This document shows positions 15,479 to 21,054 of a stretch of 21,054 bases of DNA, one piece after another. The stretch comes from Bacteroidales bacterium (GTDB lineage: Bacteria > Bacteroidota > Bacteroidia > Bacteroidales > Bacteroidaceae). The first letter of the stretch is position 1. Every line of letters starts with the position of its first letter. The notes below the pieces were generated by a model. That model was not told the origin of the DNA. It saw nothing but the letters and a program-made list of their open reading frames with translations, and did no database searches. The stretch lies in contig JAUNNV010000029.1 in the NCBI GenBank assembly GCA_030531335.1, positions 1-21,054 of the forward strand. The letters are read 5' to 3'. The position numbers and the translations under genes were made by a program.

Positions 15479-16200
15479 CCGATTGGTAGTTTGTCCTGAA
15501 TGCTGTTGAAGACCTTGTCGAGCTTCATGCTCTGTCCGCCTTTTGTGATGTCCGTTGTGGATGTATCCTTCGCATTGCCGGCCACATGGCGGTTGTAGGC
15601 TTCCTCGATTTCCTTTTTCTTGTCGTTGTAGAGTCGTTCCATCATTTCGGAATACGTGTCGAAAATTTCCTGCAACTTGTCCTTGGCCTCTTTTACCGCC
15701 TCTTCCGAGCTTCCTACAGTGCGACTGGCTACCGCAGACGCAGCCCTCGTCTTTTCTGCCTCGATTTTCGTCTTGCATTCCGAGTAGAGTGCATCGGTGG
15801 CCGTGTCGAGTAAATCCTTGCGTTCCTTATTTACATCGGGCATCGTGAGCAGTAGGTATTTGGCATCGATGCCATTCTCATCGTCTGCCCCAGGAGCAGT
15901 TTCGAGCGTCACCTTGAATTCCGGATGCACTTCCGTGATGCCTTTGTAAATGCAGGAGAAGTACGCCGAATCCTTTGGATATACATTCATCATGTGTTTT
16001 TCGTTCTCATCCTCGTGCACTAAAATGTCGGCCACGTCCTCAATGCGTTTGTCCATGCCACCATACACCATCTCCACTCCCAGCAACGAAGAGGGATCGG
16101 CCTTGACACACACGTTGCAGAACAGGTACGACATGCTTGCCACATGTCCCAGCATCCTGTTCTGTGTTTCTATCAATGCGACTTCTACCGATCGTTTCAT
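15475..16200 (-). CDS. Hypothetical protein (241 aa; N-terminal globular part + acidic coiled-coil C-terminus), translationally coupled upstream of E1
   Basis: ATG at 16200; the stop overlaps the E1 ATG. No JAB/MPN HxH motif was found. The C-terminal region is Lys/Glu-rich (EAEKTRAASAV...EAVKEAKDKLQEIFDTYSEMMERLYNDKKKEIEEAY). Confidence 0.6.
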   Translation of the reverse strand: MKRSVEVALIETQNRMLGHVASMSYLFCNVCVKADPSSLLGVEMVYGGMDKRIEDVADILVHEDENEKHMMNVYPKDSAYFSCIYKGITEVHPEFKVTLETAPGADDENGIDAKYLLLTMPDVNKERKDLLDTATDALYSECKTKIEAEKTRAASAVASRTVGSSEEAVKEAKDKLQEIFDTYSEMMERLYNDKKKEIEEAYNRHVAGNAKDTSTTDITKGGQSMKLDKVFNSIQDKLPIG

Positions 16201-16239
16201 TTGTTATTTGCCATTTACCATATTCTCTAATATCTCTTA

Positions 16240-16629
16240 CTATTTGCCCTCTGCAAGGCACGCATTGCCGGGGAAGTTCACGGAGATGTTTCCACCCCAG
16301 TTGCACATACATTTGCAGTTGTCGAGCAGTGCAGGCATTTGTTTTACCATTTCTTTTCCTCCAGGCATCCATGGAGCGGCTATCACTGGCATGCAGGGCA
16401 TGGGCGTAAGTGCTCCGAATGCTGCAGCCGTGGCCGCAGCCACCTGAGGATTCGACAAGCTTTGGCACATGCCGAAAGGCATGATGTTCATCATCGGCTT
16501 GTTGTCGCCGATGTTTCCTATGGGTTTCCCCTGTACCTTTGGTCGGGTGGGATCCACCACCATGAAGTTGGAAGGAGCCATCCCGAACGAGCACTGCAGG
16601 ATTGCTCCGGCCGTTACGAATTTTCCCAT
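16240..16629 (-). CDS. DUF4280 PAAR-like spike-tip protein
   Basis: 129 aa. VTAGAILQCSFGMAPSNFMVVDPTRPKVQGKPIGNIGDNKPMMNIMPFGMCQSLSNP matches the DUF4280 pattern as I recall it (GA.L.CSFG..PS.L.V...V.G.P.A...D..P..NI.PFG.C). It lies 8 nt after the preceding gene. Confidence 0.75.
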   Translation of the reverse strand: MGKFVTAGAILQCSFGMAPSNFMVVDPTRPKVQGKPIGNIGDNKPMMNIMPFGMCQSLSNPQVAAATAAAFGALTPMPCMPVIAAPWMPGGKEMVKQMPALLDNCKCMCNWGGNISVNFPGNACLAEGK

Positions 16630-16638
16630 TGTATTTTT

Positions 16639-18423
16639 TTATTTTCCTACTTCCTCTTCCTTCATCTTTGCCGACGCTTTTCCTGGTGTCGAGGCTGCCG
16701 GCACGGCCACACCGTCTGTGATGTTCTGCGACTTGAACGACGAAGAGGCCTCCAAATTCTTGAACACGCCCTTGGGAGCCGTGGTGTCGCCCTTGATGTC
16801 GGTCTTGCCTTCTATGGTGGTGTCGCCCTTCAGCGCATTCTTGCCTCCACCTGCCGTAAGGTTTCCGCCTTCGAGCGTAATCACTGCCTTTCCTTCTCCC
16901 TGCTGCAGTTCGGTGGTGGTGTTGCCCATGATGCCCACTTGCTCGGCAGCTATCTGCACCAGTTTGCCCTTGGTTTTCTTGTCCTTGCTGCCAGCAAGCA
17001 GCTTTTCCGCCACAAGTACCATCTGCGAACTGGCGGCCAGTGCCTTGTCCGTGCGTTTCTCCTTATCCACATCCATGGCTGCCACCTGAATGTTCTTGGC
17101 GTTGAGTGTCAGTTCGCCTGTAGCCATTCCTTCGGTGTCGGTAGCTTCTATCTTCATTTTCTCTGCCCTGACAAGCAGGGTGCCATCCTTGGTCAGTGCC
17201 TTCTCCTGCCGTTTTTTGTCCTTCAGTTCCTCGTCGATGGCCTGTATGGTGACATTCTTCGAGGTAATCACCACGTTGCCCAAAGCGGGTATGTCGCCTT
17301 TTTCGCCCTTCTCGTCGAGTTGGGCGGAGGCTGTGGAGAGGTTCACCTCCTGTAGGTTGACGTTCAGTGTGCTGTCGGCCATCAGTGCGCCCTTCGTGTC
17401 GTGTGCCACCACGTCGATGTGAGGCATTTGTACATACAATCCGGCTTCGGCGTTCTGGCGCAGGTTGCCGTCGCCGTCGGTCGAGACCATGCTTACGAAT
17501 TCGGAACGCAGGGCGATGTGCGACGAGGTGGTGTTCTTGTCGAAATCGGCACTGGCTTTGCCGAGCTCCTCTTTGGTGTCCTTCAGGGCCTGTGCCTTCC
17601 GATTGAGTTCGGCTTCGGACGAAAGCAACCTGATGTAGTCGGTCAGTGAGGAGTAAAGCATCCGTTCCAGGTCCTGGAACTTGTCGGCCAGATCCGACAA
17701 CTCGGGTTGGTTCGCCCGCAGGTGTTCCTCCGTGTCGTTCAGTGTGTCCTGGCTTTTTATGAGCTTTTCTATGTCGTCCAGGTTTTTCAGCACCGTCTTC
17801 TTGGCATTGGCAGCCAACTTCGCAATGTCGCCACTGTATTTTTCCAAATCTTTCACACGCTCGTCGATGGCGGCGGTCTGTAGTTTGTTCGACGGTGTGG
17901 CGCTTATCGCCACATAAGAGTCCGCATGTATGTCGATGCCGGTGCTACAGCTGCCTGCTTCGGCCACGAACGCGCCGGTGGTGTCGTTGCTCTGCAGGGT
18001 GATGGCGCGAGCTTGGTTCACGATTTCGGAGTTCATGCACACCACGTTCTCCATGCCGTCGGTACCGGGATCCACGGCGATGTGGCGAATGCTGGCTGCT
18101 CTCGACACGATGCTTCCCCCTATGTCGGGAGATCCTGTACCCTCCAGGCTTACGCGGTTTCCGCGTATCACCACCGTGCCGCCTCCGCCATGCTCTCCCA
18201 TCAGCTCGCCGCTGCGGTTCACGTTGCCGATGATGACCGTCGGAGCCGAAAGAATGAGGCATTGGTCGTCGCGCACGTATTTCACGCCGCTCACCGTGTG
18301 ATGGATTTCCTCCCTCAGCCGTCGCACCTCGCTTTTTTGCTTGCGGATTTCCGCAACGTCCTTTCTCACGCTGCTTTCGAAAGCCTCCAGTGCCTGCTTC
18401 AGGTCGTCAAGAATATATGCCAT
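16639..18423 (-). CDS. Coiled-coil + Gly-rich beta-helix-like repeat protein; candidate spike/needle or effector carrier (not a canonical VgrG)
   Basis: The ORF track starts at a TTG at 18432; the ATG at 18423 (MAYILDDLKQ...) is the likelier start. An N-terminal coiled coil is followed by SAPTVIIGNVNRSGELMGEHGGGGTVVIRGNRVSLEGTGSPDIGGSIV... repeats. Internal coiled coils and a C-terminal Gly/Lys/Thr-rich repeat follow (GGNLTAGGGKNALKGDTTIEGKTDIKGDTTAPKG). The antisense ORFs 16339..17355 and 17926..18648 are rejected. Confidence 0.65.
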   Translation of the reverse strand: MAYILDDLKQALEAFESSVRKDVAEIRKQKSEVRRLREEIHHTVSGVKYVRDDQCLILSAPTVIIGNVNRSGELMGEHGGGGTVVIRGNRVSLEGTGSPDIGGSIVSRAASIRHIAVDPGTDGMENVVCMNSEIVNQARAITLQSNDTTGAFVAEAGSCSTGIDIHADSYVAISATPSNKLQTAAIDERVKDLEKYSGDIAKLAANAKKTVLKNLDDIEKLIKSQDTLNDTEEHLRANQPELSDLADKFQDLERMLYSSLTDYIRLLSSEAELNRKAQALKDTKEELGKASADFDKNTTSSHIALRSEFVSMVSTDGDGNLRQNAEAGLYVQMPHIDVVAHDTKGALMADSTLNVNLQEVNLSTASAQLDEKGEKGDIPALGNVVITSKNVTIQAIDEELKDKKRQEKALTKDGTLLVRAEKMKIEATDTEGMATGELTLNAKNIQVAAMDVDKEKRTDKALAASSQMVLVAEKLLAGSKDKKTKGKLVQIAAEQVGIMGNTTTELQQGEGKAVITLEGGNLTAGGGKNALKGDTTIEGKTDIKGDTTAPKGVFKNLEASSSFKSQNITDGVAVPAASTPGKASAKMKEEEVGK

Positions 18424-18469
18424 CTTTTTCAATTTAGGGTTGTCCTATCAATAGGCTTTGTCGAGGTTG

Positions 18470-19768
18470 TCACCATTCGATTTTCTTACCCAACACATAG
18501 TATTTCATGTCGTTGTACCAAAGTACTCCCTCGCCATTGGCTACGGTGTAACTGGTATAATATGAATTGTCCTTGGGCCTGGGATTTATCAATTCAGGCT
18601 GTGAGAACCATATCGGCTGCTCGGCTCCCGGCACAAATTGTCCTTTGAGTAAGAAGAGTGGCCCACGATTTTGGTATGCCGTAACGTCGTTGTAGTCAAA
18701 GGTGTTGTGGACAATGGCGAAGTACTTGCCGCTGAACGCCTCTGGCCCCTCCCAGTCGTATAGAGGGCAGGGAGAGCGGGGATGTGGAATGGGCTTGCCT
18801 CCATCCTGGAAACAGAGGATCTTGGGCCTCGACCATGTTCTGCCGTGGTCGGAACTGACCGACCATACAGGAGAACCTACAGAGCTACGCATCATGGCAA
18901 AGAGACGCCCGTCGGGGAGACCTACGATGGCCGCTTCTTCGATTGCAGGCCCCTCCTTGATGCCATAATTGGTCGCTCCCACAACCTGGCTGACGTCAAA
19001 GGCATCCTTGTTGGTGTTGAAATAGGATATCTTGATGTCTTCTATCTCCGGGTCATCATCAATGTTGTCGAACTGCCAGAATTCCACGCGGCATTGCTTT
19101 TTCTCGTCGTAAGGGGCACGGCCATGGCGTGAGCAGCCTACGATGAACTTGCCACCCTCGCCCAACCTCAACGGACGTTGCCAGTTGCACCATTCCGCAG
19201 GCACGAGCGGGTCGGGAGAATCCATATCCATGCGTGGCATCGCTATGCTCTTCGGCTTGCTCCAGGATAGTCCGGCATCATCGGAATAGGCACCAAACAA
19301 GGCACCGTGATGAATCTTGTCTCCATTGACTTGCTGGTTCCATAGCAGGTAAAGACGACCGCTCTTCGACAGCATGGGTTGTTGCCAACTGGCCAATGGA
19401 CGAGGATTGGACCGTGTCTCAGAACCTTGCAGAAGAACTGGCTTCGACCAGGTCTTGCCGCCATCCATGCTTCTGGAGAACACGATGTGGTGGTCTGGTT
19501 CTCCTTCACGTGTGGCCTGGGTCCAAAAACAGTAATGCATGCTTCTGGCCTCGTCGTAAATCACCTGTATATGGTCATTGTAGGTGTCGCCCCTAAGTTT
19601 GGGATCCGCCTTTTTCCAGTCTTGGGGCTGTTTGGGCACATAGACCACATAGTTTGGTTTGGTGGTCATAATATCTTCTTTTTGCTTGTCCTGAGCTGCT
19701 GCTGATGTGACCATGGACAGAAGAAGACAAAGCACGATAGCATTACGCGGATAGTTGCATGTAATCAT
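18470..19768 (-). CDS. Secreted BNR/Asp-box repeat beta-propeller protein (sialidase-superfamily-like)
   Basis: Signal peptide MITCNYPRNAIVLCLLLSMVTSAAAQ. There are three Asp-boxes matching S-x-D-x-G-x-T/S-W: SMDGGKTW, SDDAGLSW, SDHGRTW. No FRIP motif was seen, so sialidase activity is not implied. Confidence 0.7.
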   Translation of the reverse strand: MITCNYPRNAIVLCLLLSMVTSAAAQDKQKEDIMTTKPNYVVYVPKQPQDWKKADPKLRGDTYNDHIQVIYDEARSMHYCFWTQATREGEPDHHIVFSRSMDGGKTWSKPVLLQGSETRSNPRPLASWQQPMLSKSGRLYLLWNQQVNGDKIHHGALFGAYSDDAGLSWSKPKSIAMPRMDMDSPDPLVPAEWCNWQRPLRLGEGGKFIVGCSRHGRAPYDEKKQCRVEFWQFDNIDDDPEIEDIKISYFNTNKDAFDVSQVVGATNYGIKEGPAIEEAAIVGLPDGRLFAMMRSSVGSPVWSVSSDHGRTWSRPKILCFQDGGKPIPHPRSPCPLYDWEGPEAFSGKYFAIVHNTFDYNDVTAYQNRGPLFLLKGQFVPGAEQPIWFSQPELINPRPKDNSYYTSYTVANGEGVLWYNDMKYYVLGKKIEW

Positions 19769-19783
19769 ATTTCCTATTGTGAA

Positions 19784-21054
19784 TCAGGATTTCTTTAGGT
19801 AATCCTTTAAGCCATTAAGCCCCGCATTCAGCACAGGCTCCCAGCCGTTTGATGCCAGGTTGAGCTGGTAGGTGTGCTGTGCACTGTTCGAAACCAATAT
19901 GTTGCCATTGCTCGCCACGTCCCAGAGGACACGCGGACCGGCACAGCCATTCCTGTTAAAGAGTTTCTGGCCACTGTCGAACACTTTCACGTTGTCGTCC
20001 TCGACAGTCACTGCACCGCTGGTGATGACGGGTAGGAGTTCGGCACCGAGTGCCGTCGCGAAGCTGTTCAATACGCCACCCTCCTTATCCTTGGGATCGT
20101 TCTTAAACTCTATCCCATTGATGAGGTCATTCCATTGTTCATCATTGGCAACGTCACCTATTATCGGATGTGTTATTTGATCGTTGTATATATCCAATAT
20201 GGCGACAAACACCGTTCTTTTCATTCCTTTTTTGTCGGAAAGTATGGAAGAACCAAGGATTTGCTCCCGACCTTCTTTCGAATTAAATGTTGCTACAAAC
20301 AGTGGCCAATTATTGCTCCCTTGTAATTTTTTCTCTCTTTCGAGCTGCTGATTGATTTTTTTCAACAATTCATCTTTAGTATGTTCGTTGATGTAGTCAA
20401 GATGGCGCTTTAAAGTATCGAAATTATTTTTAAATTTTCTCAAACTTTCCGTGATTTCAATATTGTTTTCTTTACCATCTGCTGGTTGTAGCTGTGGACA
20501 TAGGTTGTCTGTGATATAATTTAACAGTTCTTCAGATGATTTTGTTTTCAGTGTTTGTATTGTGGACTGGCTTGTGTCATTTAGCTTGTTTTCTTCTGAA
20601 TTAAAAAAAGACAGATGAGTGTGAAATTCATTGGATAGTTTTCTGATTGTTTCTTCTGAAAATTGGATCTCTTCATAGAATGTGTTTATCACACGAGTAG
20701 CCTCTATCAACACGCCCTCTATCGTAGAACCCAAGTCTTTTGCCGCTTTTTCATCCTTATTCATGTGGTTCTTCCAACCTTTGGAAGCGTAGTTCGACAT
20801 CAGGGATGTGGGAATCATTGCCTTGCCTTTTCCTGCCGTCATGGTGACATTGCGGTTCGACTTGATGGACAGAGTCCCCTCTACGGGTCGCATCAGCACT
20901 TCCCACAGGCTACGCAGGAACGACAGATCGGAGAGCTTGGTGGGGTCGAATGTCAGGAAATTCTTCGCCTGTTGTGTGGCTATTTGAGCTGCAATACCTC
21001 CCGCGATGGATCCGAGAATAACGCCAACAATCTCACCGCTACTTGGATCATTCG
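19784..21054 (-). CDS. Large hypothetical protein, 5'-truncated by window end; glycine-zipper TM-like segment; candidate effector/toxin
   Basis: The frame of ORF 19784..20899 stays open to the window edge (…NDPSSGEIVGVILGSIAGGIAAQIATQQAKNFLTFDPTKLSDLSFLRSLWEVLMRPVEG…). GVILGSIAGGIAAQIA is a GxxxG-type zipper. The central coding region, about 20300-20700, is conspicuously AT-rich. Confidence 0.65.
   Translation of the reverse strand, partial: NDPSSGEIVGVILGSIAGGIAAQIATQQAKNFLTFDPTKLSDLSFLRSLWEVLMRPVEGTLSIKSNRNVTMTAGKGKAMIPTSLMSNYASKGWKNHMNKDEKAAKDLGSTIEGVLIEATRVINTFYEEIQFSEETIRKLSNEFHTHLSFFNSEENKLNDTSQSTIQTLKTKSSEELLNYITDNLCPQLQPADGKENNIEITESLRKFKNNFDTLKRHLDYINEHTKDELLKKINQQLEREKKLQGSNNWPLFVATFNSKEGREQILGSSILSDKKGMKRTVFVAILDIYNDQITHPIIGDVANDEQWNDLINGIEFKNDPKDKEGGVLNSFATALGAELLPVITSGAVTVEDDNVKVFDSGQKLFNRNGCAGPRVLWDVASNGNILVSNSAQHTYQLNLASNGWEPVLNAGLNGLKDYLKKS

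Noticed and set aside
15479-15778. 100-codon N-terminal extension of the E1 ORF
   Set aside because: Gly/Arg/His/Cys-rich low-complexity translation. The ATG at 15478 overlaps the upstream stop in an ATGA and directly precedes the Rossmann motif.
15475-16200. The 241-aa protein as a JAB/MPN deubiquitinase or as Hcp
   Set aside because: There is no E...HxH...S..D JAMM motif and no Hcp-like N-terminal pattern. It is left as unknown.
16339-17355. 338-aa plus-strand ORF (also 17926..18648, 240 aa) opposite the spike-like gene
   Set aside because: His/Cys/Gly/Arg-rich antisense translations with no features. The minus-strand frame is coherent and coupled to its neighbours.
18441-18452. Near-palindrome CCTATcaATAGG in the 37-nt gap upstream of the spike-like gene
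   Set aside because: Too short and isolated to call an operator. No promoter box is nearby.
1-21054. CRISPR arrays, tRNA/rRNA genes, IS elements or integrase genes
   Set aside because: No direct-repeat/spacer periodicity, no tRNA-like cloverleaf candidates and no transposase or integrase-like ORFs were seen. The cluster looks chromosomal rather than part of an obvious mobile element, although its ends lie outside the window.

Overview
The window is 21 kb and looks like Bacteroidetes chromosome, probably Bacteroidales, judged from TAnnTTTG promoter boxes, the lack of Shine-Dalgarno sequences and a typical HhH envelope protein. GC is above 50% by eye. All identifications come from reading motifs in the translated ORFs, because no similarity search could be run.

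Left part, about 1-4.6 kb:
- A 5'-truncated secreted protein lies on the minus strand at 1..324.
- It is divergent from a plus-strand ComEA-like HhH domain protein at 364..2382.
- A minus-strand NfeD-like/flotillin (SPFH) two-gene operon follows at 2482..4518. It has its own promoter box and an AT-rich 24-bp tandem repeat in its intergenic spacer.
- A clean hairpin plus T-run terminator at 4592..4624 (minus strand) separates this operon from the cluster below.

Right part, about 4.6-21 kb:
- One uninterrupted minus-strand cluster of 15 tightly packed, partly translationally coupled genes runs on beyond the window end.
- It combines contractile-injection/T6SS-like baseplate genes: a TssK-like protein, TssE (gp25-like) and TssF.
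- It also has a DUF4280 PAAR-like protein and a coiled-coil/beta-helix repeat protein that may be a spike.
- A secreted BNR/Asp-box beta-propeller protein is present.
- A partial large protein with a glycine-zipper transmembrane (TM) segment and a conspicuously AT-rich internal block is cut by the window end.
- Interleaved with these is a complete eukaryote-like ubiquitin-type conjugation set:
  - a ubiquitin-like protein (Ubl) that ends in Gly, with a C-terminal strand matching ubiquitin residues 55-76 spacing for spacing;
  - a UBC-fold E2 with an HPN...C active-site motif;
  - a ThiF/MoeB-type E1;
  - an 812-aa lipoprotein-anchored, multi-TM RING-H2 protein with a C-terminal FHA domain, as in RNF8/CHFR.

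The Ubl and E2 genes occupy the position where tssG normally follows tssF. The whole module is cotranscriptionally embedded in the baseplate operon. This is the most notable and possibly undescribed feature of the window.
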